The notes under the pieces were generated by a model. It was not told where the DNA came from and made no database searches. It saw nothing but the letters and a program-made list of their open reading frames with translations. A DNA stretch of 24,000 nt from a candidate division WWE3 bacterium CG08_land_8_20_14_0_20_40_13 (lineage in GTDB: Bacteria > Patescibacteriota > WWE3 > 0-14-0-20-40-13): assembly GCA_002774285.1 (NCBI GenBank), contig PEYT01000009.1, positions 5,883 to 29,882 of the forward strand, given 5' to 3'. Below are positions 1 to 7,882 of this stretch, one piece after another. Positions within the stretch are counted from its first letter, which is position 1. Each line of letters begins with the position of its first letter. The translations under genes were made by a program, and so were the position numbers.

Positions 1-1077
1 GGAAATAATTTTTGCCACATCGTTTTTGGACACTTCGGGAATATCTTCCAGTTTTGTCTTTGTCCAAATTTCCAAAAGCTCTTTTTTTACAGATTCTAAC
101 TGTATTAATTTTTCTTTAAGAGAACCGTCAGGATTGTTTTTTACTGCTTCGCGAAGTTCATTAATTTCTTTTTCTACTTCCTTTAAATTTTCTGGTTCCT
201 TTACCTGAGCAATACGAACCATGGCGCAAGCTTCATCAATTAAATCAATTGCTTTATCGGGCAAAAACCGATCGGAAATATAACGGTCGGAAAGCTCCAC
301 GGAAGCTGTAACCGCATCATTGGTGATTGCAACTTGGTGAAATTTTTCGTACTTTTCTTTAAGACCGTAAATTATTTCTTTGGTTTGAGAAATGGTTGGT
401 TCATTAATTAAAATAGTCTGAAATCTTCGCTCTAACGCTTTATCTTTTTCTATTCTTCTTCGGTATTCATCAATAGTTGTCGCGCCAATAAGTTGAATTT
501 CACCTTTGGACAAAGCGGGCTTTAAAATGTTGGCGGCATCCATTGCCCCTTCGGCACTTCCCGCTCCCACAATGGTATGAATCTCGTCAATAAACATAAT
601 TATTTGACCCTGCGCCCCAATAACCTCATCTAGAACATTTTTGAGTCTTTCTTCAAACTGTCCACGGTGAGAGGTTCCGGCAATCATAGAAGCCATATCT
701 ATTGTTACAACGCGCTTCCCCTTTAAAGGTTCGGGGACACTTCCTTCCACAATCTTTTGCGCTAGGCCCTCGACTACCGCAGTCTTTCCCACACCGGGAT
801 CCCCGATTAAAACAGGATTATTTTTTGTCCTTCTGGATAGAATATGAATAATACGAGAAATTTCTTCCGCTCTCCCAATTACCGGATCAAGCTTTCCCTC
901 TTGAGCCATAAGTGTTAGATCCTTTCCAAATTTTTCCACAAAAGAAGCAGTTTGAGCACTTTTTTGTATTTCGTCAAAACATTCTCGGCAAACCGGGGCA
1001 TACACAATACGCCCGCCAATATTCTGGCTGGTTTGAATTTCGGCTGGTCTTTTTTGACACCGCTGGCACATTATCAT
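1..1077 (-). CDS. clpC: ClpC-like class I Clp/Hsp100 AAA+ unfoldase, N-terminal 359 codons only; the C-terminus lies beyond the window start
   Basis: My own minus-strand translation from ATG 1077 (alternative ATG 1071) stays open to base 1. It is absent from the ORF track because no stop falls in the window. It reads [14 protein letters not shown]...[49 protein letters not shown] (Walker A), [15 protein letters not shown] (Walker B), [10 protein letters not shown], a short coiled-coil M-domain (ClpC-like length, not ClpB-like), then [19 protein letters not shown] lies 13 nt upstream, and an in-frame TAA 4 codons upstream of the ATG rules out a longer N-terminus. Confidence 0.85.
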   Translation of the reverse strand, partial: MIMCQRCQKRPAEIQTSQNIGGRIVYAPVCRECFDEIQKSAQTASFVEKFGKDLTLMAQEGKLDPVIGRAEEISRIIHILSRRTKNNPVLIGDPGVGKTAVVEGLAQKIVEGSVPEPLKGKRVVTIDMASMIAGTSHRGQFEERLKNVLDEVIGAQGQIIMFIDEIHTIVGAGSAEGAMDAANILKPALSKGEIQLIGATTIDEYRRRIEKDKALERRFQTILINEPTISQTKEIIYGLKEKYEKFHQVAITNDAVTASVELSDRYISDRFLPDKAIDLIDEACAMVRIAQVKEPENLKEVEKEINELREAVKNNPDGSLKEKLIQLESVKKELLEIWTKTKLEDIPEVSKNDVAKIIS

Positions 1078-1086
1078 GGTTGGATA

Positions 1087-1113
1087 TTATCACTCCTATT
1101 AACAGAGTGCAAA
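1087..1113 (-). promoter_or_regulatory. CIRCE-like inverted repeat (candidate HrcA operator) in the polA / clpC-like spacer
   Basis: The plus strand reads TTATCACTC-CTATTAACA-GAGTGCAAA against the CIRCE consensus TTAGCACTC-N9-GAGTGCTAA. That is 16/18 matches, an exact 9-nt spacer and a perfect CACTC-N9-GAGTG core. It overlaps the SD of the downstream minus-strand gene. Confidence 0.6.
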
Positions 1114-1144
1114 TATATTTGCTGACAAACAATCTGCTGTAACA

Positions 1145-2956
1145 TTAGTGTTCCCATACCTCACTTACCACTCCACTGGCATCTATTGGTACTTTTTTAA
1201 GCAAAAGCTCGCCGGCGCGGAGCATTTCTTCTTTTTGCATCCGTAAAGCGTCATCCGCCACAGAAGCCTCGGCGTCACAAACAATTTCGTCGTGAACGGT
1301 ATGAATAATCCTAGCGTCAATTTTTTCTTTTCTAAATCTGTCTCTAATAAATATTAGAGCGTATTTAATCATATCGGCACCGCTTCCTTGTATTGGGGTA
1401 TTTTTTCCTTTCCGTTCGATATCGGATACCATCTTTAAATAATTAGGATCTCCGGGGTCTGCCGGTATATAATAGCGTTTTCTTCCACCAAGGGTAGTGG
1501 AATAACCATTCTCCACGGCAAACTTAGCGGCCCAGTCAAGCCACACTTTAACTTTGCTAAATTTCTTAAAATATAAATCCAAAAGTTTTTTTGCCTCTTC
1601 CTGATTAACGCCAATCTGCGCGGCAAGGGAAGATGCCCCTCTTCCATACATAAGACCAAAATTAATGGTCTTGGATGCTTGTCTCTCTACATCTTTTCTA
1701 ACCCTTTCTTCGGGAATACCATACATCATAGCGGCAGTAACCGTATGCAAATCCTTTTTCTCTTTATACGCGGCAACAAGGGTAGGGTCTTCGGAATATT
1801 CAGCAAGAACCCGTAACTCCTGTTGAGAATAGTCCACAGTCACAAGTTTTCTTCCTTTTTCGGCAACAAAACAACTTCTAAACTGCGATCCGCGGGGAAT
1901 TTGTTGCAGGTTTGGGCTGGAACAGGAAAACCTTCCGGTGGCGGCACCAATCTGTTGAAAATCCGGATGAAGCCGGCCCGTAACTTTATTTATCTTAGCT
2001 AGCAAATTTTCGCCAAAAGCGGATATTAATTTCTCGGAAGCGCGGTATTCCAAAAGCATCTTTGCAATAGGGTGGTTGGTAGAACTTAATACCTTTACTC
2101 CCGTAGAAGGAAGACTTAATCCTAATCGGTCATTAAATAGCTCCAAAATTTGCTGTTGGGAATTTAGATTTATCGAATCGGACAAATTTCCAAAAAGATC
2201 CATCTGATTATAAGAAAAAAGAGGTCTTATCTCGTCTTGAATTTTTTTGGCGGTTTCTTGTCGTTTTAGCCTTAGGTCAACTATAACACCTCGCCATTTT
2301 GCAACATCAATGTGCGACCCTGTTAACTCCATTTCGGCAACAACAGGGAGCACAGAAAATTCAAGTCTAGCGATTTTTACCAGCCCTTCTTTGTTTAAAA
2401 TTTCCCATTGCTTGTGAAAAATTGGAAAAAGTACTAGCGCATCCAAAGCCGCGTAGTTAAGGTGATTTTTTTGAAAGTTTCCGCTTACTCCAACCTTATC
2501 CCATTGATACGATTCATAGTTTTTGTCCAAAGTTATTTCCAAATATTTTTTTGCCATTGTGCCAAGCGAAGCAGATTGTTTAAACCCATTAACGATTATT
2601 TGTTCTGCCAGCATTGTGTCGTAAATATTTGTTATTTCAATCCCAAGAGCGGCTTTTATAATTCCATAATCAAATTTACCATTTTGCACAATCTTTAATA
2701 TTCCGGGGTCTTCAATAATCTTTTTTAAAGGGGCCCAGTCCTTAATCTTTATTGCGTCAAATATATAGGCTTTTTCTGGTGTCCCTATTTGCACCAAAAG
2801 AAGTTTGTTATAGTAATAATCAAGGGAAGTTCCTTCGGTATCTACCGCTATCACTTTTTCGCCTAAAAGGATACGAGCCGCCTCGACAAGTTTTTCTTGA
2901 CTTGTAATATACTCGTAAGATGGGCTGGTAATGTTAAAGGAGTAACTTTCTGGCAT
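1145..2956 (-). CDS. polA: DNA polymerase I, Klenow-like (3'-5' exonuclease plus polymerase domains, no 5' nuclease domain)
   Basis: 603-aa ORF. Exo motifs VIAVDTEGTSLD and YAALDA. Pol motif A VTVDYSQQELRVLA, motif B RQASKTINFGLMYG, motif C HTVHDEIV. The length and the N-terminus show the 5'-3' exonuclease domain is absent. Confidence 0.95.
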   Translation of the reverse strand: MPESYSFNITSPSYEYITSQEKLVEAARILLGEKVIAVDTEGTSLDYYYNKLLLVQIGTPEKAYIFDAIKIKDWAPLKKIIEDPGILKIVQNGKFDYGIIKAALGIEITNIYDTMLAEQIIVNGFKQSASLGTMAKKYLEITLDKNYESYQWDKVGVSGNFQKNHLNYAALDALVLFPIFHKQWEILNKEGLVKIARLEFSVLPVVAEMELTGSHIDVAKWRGVIVDLRLKRQETAKKIQDEIRPLFSYNQMDLFGNLSDSINLNSQQQILELFNDRLGLSLPSTGVKVLSSTNHPIAKMLLEYRASEKLISAFGENLLAKINKVTGRLHPDFQQIGAATGRFSCSSPNLQQIPRGSQFRSCFVAEKGRKLVTVDYSQQELRVLAEYSEDPTLVAAYKEKKDLHTVTAAMMYGIPEERVRKDVERQASKTINFGLMYGRGASSLAAQIGVNQEEAKKLLDLYFKKFSKVKVWLDWAAKFAVENGYSTTLGGRKRYYIPADPGDPNYLKMVSDIERKGKNTPIQGSGADMIKYALIFIRDRFRKEKIDARIIHTVHDEIVCDAEASVADDALRMQKEEMLRAGELLLKKVPIDASGVVSEVWEH

Positions 2957-2961
2957 GACAG

Positions 2962-4095
2962 TTATCTTATCAACGAGTCGATTAATTTTTTTATTATTTT
3001 AGGATCGGCCTGCCCTTTGGCGTTTTTTACTACCTGCCCTACCAAAAACATCGCCGCGTTGGTTTTTCCTGTTTTTATTTGCGCGGCTACACTGGAGTTT
3101 TCCAAAATAACACTTTTGACAATATCCAAAACTTGATCTTCCAACATTAAATATACCTTTTGAGGTCTTTCCTGTTTTGTTTCGTTTTTATTTTCTTTAG
3201 TGTTAGTTTCTTCTTCCTTTTTTCTTATTTCTTCTTTTATCTCGTTTAAATAATCAGTGGAAAAACTCATCGGCGGAATGTCGGGTTCGGGAAAATAACG
3301 GTAATCTTTTTCTCCTTCTTTTTCTCGCATTAAAAAAGTTCCAAGTTTTTCATCAAAACCGCGGGTTTCATTTTTAAGAATTGATCCATTCATTAATTCG
3401 GCGGTTTGACGGACAATTTCTGATTTTAACGCCATTACCACAAATTTAAACGAGTTTATATTTTTTATTTCAGCTCGGTAATTGGGAAGCTCCTTTTGAC
3501 CCACCGATCGCATAGAAATGCTTGCCTCCAACCTCATTTGTCCCTTTTCCATATCACAATCACTAATACTATATTTCCGCGCGATATCTCTAACCCTTTT
3601 TCCAAATTCGTAAACTTCTTCTGGATCCGAAAAATCTGGTTCGGTAACAATTTCGCAAAGAGGCATACCGGATTTATTAAAATCCAAAAGAGTGTCGCTG
3701 TCACCATGAAGCGATTTACCGGTGTCTTCTTCCATATGAACTCTCCGTATCCTAATAACCTTCCCGCTTGCTAAAGTAATGTTGCCGTTAACACATAAAG
3801 GCTCGTCGTATTGAGAAATCTGATAACCTTTTGGAAGATCGGGATAAAAATAATTTTTGCGGTCAAACTTGCTTAACCCCGCAAGTTGACAGGAAAGAGC
3901 GATACCCAGCAATTGGCATTTTCTAATTGCTTCTATATTTGGGACGGGAAGAGTGCCGGGATACCCAAGACAAACAGGACAGACACGACTATTGGACTCC
4001 GCTTTCCAAATATCCGCCGGACACGGGCAGAACATTTTAGATTTTGTTTTTGGTTGAAGGTGCACCTCCAAACCGATCACTGGTTCTAGTTGCAT
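2962..4095 (-). CDS. gatB: Asp/Glu-tRNA amidotransferase subunit B, shortened form (377 aa)
   Basis: N-terminal cradle domain (EPVIGLEVHLQ, CPVCLGYPGTLP, RYFPEPDIPP). A K/E/N/T-rich linker follows, then only the terminal YqeY-like tail (GKTNAAMFLVGQVVKNAKGQADPKII). Sits directly downstream of gatA. Confidence 0.9.
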   Translation of the reverse strand: MQLEPVIGLEVHLQPKTKSKMFCPCPADIWKAESNSRVCPVCLGYPGTLPVPNIEAIRKCQLLGIALSCQLAGLSKFDRKNYFYPDLPKGYQISQYDEPLCVNGNITLASGKVIRIRRVHMEEDTGKSLHGDSDTLLDFNKSGMPLCEIVTEPDFSDPEEVYEFGKRVRDIARKYSISDCDMEKGQMRLEASISMRSVGQKELPNYRAEIKNINSFKFVVMALKSEIVRQTAELMNGSILKNETRGFDEKLGTFLMREKEGEKDYRYFPEPDIPPMSFSTDYLNEIKEEIRKKEEETNTKENKNETKQERPQKVYLMLEDQVLDIVKSVILENSSVAAQIKTGKTNAAMFLVGQVVKNAKGQADPKIIKKLIDSLIR

Positions 4096-4102
4096 AAATA
4101 AT

Positions 4103-5515
4103 TTAAATAACAGGCTTTTTTAAATACCATTTATTGAGTTGCTCATACGAATACGCCGCATCTATGATTTCCTTTTCTTCAAATCTATCGCCAATAAACT
4201 GTATCCCCACTGGAAGATTTTCCGAAAATCCGCACGGAACGGAAATAGCACAAAGTCCAGCTAATGACGCGGGGAGAGAAAAGGCGTCCATAATCTCCCC
4301 AAACATTGCCTGATCCGCCCCCGCCCCAATTTTTAGGGCTACGCTTGGAGAAGTTGGAGACACGATCATATCCACCAACTTAAAGGCTTCGTCAAAATCT
4401 TGATGGATAAGCGAACGGACCTTTTGAGCCTTTTGGTAGTACTTATCATAATAGCCGGTAGAAAGTACGTAAGTCCCAAGCAAAATCCGTCTTTGCGCCT
4501 CGTTACCAAAAGTTTCCCTAGTATTTCCGTATCTTACCCCATCGTATCTTGCCAAATTTGACGAGACTTCGGCCCGCTGAACAATGGTATAAACGGCAAC
4601 AGCGTATTTGGGATCCATCAGATCTATTTCTTTAATTTTAGCTCCCAGTTTTTCCATATCTAATAGTGCTTTTTTAAACGCAATTTTTACCCCTTCTTCC
4701 ATTTGATAATTTAGAAATGCTTTAGGAACACCAATGACTTTTCCTTTGAGGAATTCTAGCTGTATTGCCGCGTAATCCTCAATCGGATCGTCTGAACTTG
4801 TGGCATCCTTATAATCATTCCCAGCAATTACATTAAGAATGTGACCTGCGTCTTGGACAGTTTTTGTTAAAGGACCGGGGGAATCGGTAGAGGAACACAT
4901 GGAAATCACGCCATAGCGACTAACACGACCGTAGGAGGGCTTAAGACCTACACACCCACACCAGCTAGCCGGATGCCTTATAGAGCCACCGGTTTCGGTC
5001 CCAATCGAAAATACCGCTTCATCCGCAATTACAGAAGCCGCGGAACCGCCCGAAGAGCCTCCGGGAAGCCGCGTTACATCCCAAGGATTCTTTGTCACAA
5101 AAAAATCGGAATTTTCGGTACTTGATCCATGAGCAAAAGCGTCTTGATTTGTTTTTCCAATTAAAATAGCTCCCTCATCATTTAATCTTTGGGTAGCTGT
5201 TGACTCGTAAGGAGCAATATAATTTTCTAGGACTTTAGATCCTGCGGTTGTTTTGTAACCCTTGGTATTAAACATGTCTTTGGCGGAGTAGGGAATACCC
5301 AAAAGTTTTTTTGCGGACCCTTTAACCCTTTCTGTATCGGCATTACAGGCTTTTGATAAAGCGTCTTCGCGAAATAACGAAATAAATGAAGAAACTTTCG
5401 GCTCAACGGCGTCAATCCTAGAGAATATTGACCGCACAAGATCCTCGGAGGAGAACTTATAACCATTAAGCCCCGACAAAGCTTCGACGATATTCAAATT
5501 CCAAAGATCATTCAT
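4103..5515 (-). CDS. gatA: Asp/Glu-tRNA amidotransferase subunit A (amidase signature family)
   Basis: 470-aa ORF with the amidase signature GGSSGGSAASV, flanked by gatC and gatB. Confidence 0.95.
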   Translation of the reverse strand: MNDLWNLNIVEALSGLNGYKFSSEDLVRSIFSRIDAVEPKVSSFISLFREDALSKACNADTERVKGSAKKLLGIPYSAKDMFNTKGYKTTAGSKVLENYIAPYESTATQRLNDEGAILIGKTNQDAFAHGSSTENSDFFVTKNPWDVTRLPGGSSGGSAASVIADEAVFSIGTETGGSIRHPASWCGCVGLKPSYGRVSRYGVISMCSSTDSPGPLTKTVQDAGHILNVIAGNDYKDATSSDDPIEDYAAIQLEFLKGKVIGVPKAFLNYQMEEGVKIAFKKALLDMEKLGAKIKEIDLMDPKYAVAVYTIVQRAEVSSNLARYDGVRYGNTRETFGNEAQRRILLGTYVLSTGYYDKYYQKAQKVRSLIHQDFDEAFKLVDMIVSPTSPSVALKIGAGADQAMFGEIMDAFSLPASLAGLCAISVPCGFSENLPVGIQFIGDRFEEKEIIDAAYSYEQLNKWYLKKPVI

Positions 5516-5834
5516 GATTAATTAGTGATCCTCCCACACCTGTCTGCACAGACAGGTTTGACGCGGGAGGATCCTTTTTTAAAACTTTCGATGTTTTTAT
5601 ATGGGTTCCTGCTAACTTAAAATCTTTATCCTCAACCTGCTCGTCCTTACGAAATACATTGATGAGATTCGTAACTCGGGATGTGGGAGCAACCTTTGAT
5701 GTGTCTAAACTCTCCAATACCTCGATATAATCTAATGTTTCGGAGAGCCATTTGGCAAGTTTATCTTGCATCTCATTAGACGGATTTAATTTCGCCAGAG
5801 TTTCCAGATGTTTTAATTCCTCCTTCGTAATCAT
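5508..5834 (-). CDS. gatC: Asp/Glu-tRNA amidotransferase subunit C with a ~21-aa C-terminal extension
   Basis: I place the start at the internal ATG 5834 (MITKEELKHLETLAKLNP...), not the 133-aa track start. This ATG makes an ATGA overlap with the polX stop and has an AAGGA SD. The stop overlaps gatA codons 2-3 (ATGAATGA). Confidence 0.85.
   Translation of the reverse strand: MITKEELKHLETLAKLNPSNEMQDKLAKWLSETLDYIEVLESLDTSKVAPTSRVTNLINVFRKDEQVEDKDFKLAGTHIKTSKVLKKDPPASNLSVQTGVGGSLINHE
5527..5573 (-). repeat. Two-tier inverted-repeat hairpin inside the gatC 3' end, just upstream of the gatA start
   Basis: Outer arms GATCCTCCC (5527-5535) and GGGAGGATC (5565-5573). Inner arms ACCTGTCTG (5538-5546) and CAGACAGGT (5549-5557). 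Both pairs are perfect reverse complements. Confidence 0.7.
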
Positions 5835-7573
5835 AGATTCCTTAAACTTAATGCTTTTGCAATAACGGAAAAACTTTGGGCATTTAAGATGTCTTCTTTG
5901 GAACACCAACCTCGTCGGGCAGTAAAAACGCCGTATTTCATATAATCCATGTGGGCAGTGGAATGACTATCGGTATTTATAATAAACTTTATCCCCAAAT
6001 CTTTTGCTTTCTTAACAAGATCGTCGGCTAAATCAAGTCTTGTGGGAAACGCATTTATTTCTATTGGCTTTTTGTACTTAATACAATAGGAAAAAAACTG
6101 GCCCCAGTCAACATCGTAGGCCAGTCTTTCCAAAAGAACCCTTCCCGACGGATGTCCGATAAAATTAATGTAAGGATTAGAAACAGCATTTAACAAACGC
6201 TCCGTAATTTGATCCTTAGGCTGATTAAACGCTGTATGAATCGATGCAATAGCAAAATCAAAAATTGATAATATATTATCGCTTAACGAAAGCCTTCCGT
6301 CGGATAATATATTACACTCTGTACCCAATAACACTCTTATATTTGATTTTGGATAATTAAATTGCGCTATTTCCTGATAATATCTATTTACTGCGCCAAC
6401 AATTTCTTTTTCTGTATGGGTATTTGGACTCAAGGAGTGATCGGTAATTCCAATGTATTCATATCCAAGATTAATTGCTTTATCTGCCATTTCTTTTATG
6501 GTGTTTACTCCATCCGAGTATATTGTATGCATCTGCAAATCGCCTTTTATATCCAAAGAATCAACAAGATCCGGCAATTTGTGATTTAGTGCCACGGATA
6601 TCTCCTCGCCACCTTCTCTAAGTTCTGGAGGAATATACTCCAATCCTAAAAATTCGTACATCTCCTTTTCGGTTTTAAACTTTTCTTGCTCTCCAGAAGG
6701 TTTTTTTATACCATATTCGGATATTGAAAACCCCCTTTCCAAAGCATATGTTCTAAGGGCAATATTATGTAGTTTTGAGCCGGTAAGATGTGCCAAAAGC
6801 GTACCGTAGCTAGCCTGATCCCCAGTCATAAGATCAACTCTTTGGTCGTTTTTTAATATTACACTAGCTTTTTTGTTGCCGCCGTTTTCTACTTTGGCAA
6901 CTTCCTTATATTTACAGAAGTGGTCAATTACAACTTCCGGACTACCCGTCGCAACAGATAAATCAATGTCTCCGACTGTGGCAACTCGTCTCCGCAACGA
7001 TCCCAAAAAATCGCAGGCGATTACAGAAGAACATTTCTGCATATACTTTTTAAAATCATCCGCGATAGTTAAGGCGGTAAATAACAACACCCGATCTTTT
7101 TTTATACGGGGCGTTAAGGCGGAATTTAGAAGGTCACTCTGCGATTTCTCCCCAAATCCTTTAAGAGAAGCAATTTTGCCTAACTTGCACGCAGATATTA
7201 GATCTTCGCGGGAAGAAATTTCCAGTTCTCCTGCAAGCCGAAAGGCGGTCTTGGGCCCAATTCCCGGAATATCCAATAAATTAAACATTCCAGTAGGAAC
7301 ATTTTTTCTTACAAAATCAAAATGGGAGACTTTCCCGGTTTTGAAATACTCATCAAGATAAGAAATTATGGCCGTTCCAAGACCGGCAACGGTATCAAGC
7401 TTCTCCTCGTCCCACAGATCCCTTATTTGACTGGAAGAACTATTTATGGCGATCGCGGCGTTTTGATAAGCTCGTGTTCTAAAGAAACTCTGACCGGTAA
7501 CCTCGTATACTGCGGCAATTTCATTAAACATTCGGGCAAGATTGGAATTGGAGAATTTTTTAAAATCTTCCAT
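5831..7573 (-). CDS. polX: Family X DNA polymerase with C-terminal PHP phosphoesterase domain (PolX)
   Basis: 580-aa ORF. HhH motifs (GIGPKTA), a Pol-beta-type nucleotidyltransferase motif (GSLRRRVATVGDIDLSV), and C-terminal PHP motifs (DLQMHTIYSDG, ITDHS, NTDSH). Confidence 0.9.
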   Translation of the reverse strand: MEDFKKFSNSNLARMFNEIAAVYEVTGQSFFRTRAYQNAAIAINSSSSQIRDLWDEEKLDTVAGLGTAIISYLDEYFKTGKVSHFDFVRKNVPTGMFNLLDIPGIGPKTAFRLAGELEISSREDLISACKLGKIASLKGFGEKSQSDLLNSALTPRIKKDRVLLFTALTIADDFKKYMQKCSSVIACDFLGSLRRRVATVGDIDLSVATGSPEVVIDHFCKYKEVAKVENGGNKKASVILKNDQRVDLMTGDQASYGTLLAHLTGSKLHNIALRTYALERGFSISEYGIKKPSGEQEKFKTEKEMYEFLGLEYIPPELREGGEEISVALNHKLPDLVDSLDIKGDLQMHTIYSDGVNTIKEMADKAINLGYEYIGITDHSLSPNTHTEKEIVGAVNRYYQEIAQFNYPKSNIRVLLGTECNILSDGRLSLSDNILSIFDFAIASIHTAFNQPKDQITERLLNAVSNPYINFIGHPSGRVLLERLAYDVDWGQFFSYCIKYKKPIEINAFPTRLDLADDLVKKAKDLGIKFIINTDSHSTAHMDYMKYGVFTARRGWCSKEDILNAQSFSVIAKALSLRNL

Positions 7574-7656
7574 GGGTATATGGTACTATCGGATAGCTTA
7601 TTGCTCAAGGACGGATTATTGATTAGAATACAAAGCGGAAATCCCGCGTTTGACGC

Positions 7657-7733
7657 GGGGGTGTAGCTCAATTGGTTAGAGCGCTTCCCTGTCACGGAAG
7701 AGGTTGCGGGTTCAAGTCCCGTCGCTCCCGCCA
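7657..7733 (+). tRNA. tRNA-Asp (anticodon GTC), CCA encoded
   Basis: Manual cloverleaf fold. Acceptor GGGGGTG/CGCTCCC (two G-U pairs), D arm GCTC-AATTGGTTA-GAGC, anticodon arm CTTCC-CTGTCAC-GGAAG, T arm GCGGG-TTCAAGT-CCCGT, discriminator G, CCA. Confidence 0.9.
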
Positions 7734-7735
7734 CT

Positions 7736-7769
7736 AGAAACTCTTGGAGCAAAGCGACTTAGAGTTTCT
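7736..7769 (+). other. 9-bp perfect stem-loop immediately 3' of tRNA-Asp
   Basis: AGAAACTCT (7736-7744) and AGAGTTTCT (7761-7769) are exact reverse complements separated by a 16-nt loop. Confidence 0.5.
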
Positions 7770-7882
7770 TGTGTCCGCCGAAGCAGAAATCGAAGCTTAT
7801 CATTGGGATTGGAACTTCCTTAGCGTAGGCGGACCGAGTATTTTTATTTATTCTCCTGCCCCACACTTGGAGGTGAAATACT

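Noticed and set aside
1078-1144. Sigma-70-type promoter TTGCAC-17 nt-TAATAT (with a TG extension) overlapping CIRCE
   Set aside because: The -35 match is poor. The predicted start site would fall at the ATG and leave the obvious GGAGTG SD untranscribed. This is not supportable without start-site data.
5835-5909. The longer 133-aa version of gatC starting at 5909
   Set aside because: The extra 25 codons lie inside the polX 3' end and have no GatC-like sequence. ATG 5834 gives a canonical GatC N-terminus, an SD, and an ATGA overlap with the polX stop.
5557-7659. Shared 12-mer GTTTGACGCGGG at 5557-5568 and 7648-7659, and the 8-mer AAATCCCG near tRNA-Asp, in tRNA-Gly and at 8530, as possible repeat family or att-site remnants
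   Set aside because: In 24 kb on both strands, roughly N squared over 4^12 (tens) of identical 12-mer pairs are expected by chance, and far more 8-9-mers. No longer flanking similarity exists.
6873-7752. Track ORFs 6873-7361 (+), 7322-7666 (+) and 7444-7752 (-)
   Set aside because: They are antisense to polX or run across tRNA-Asp and the intergenic region. They show no motifs and are explained by the real features.
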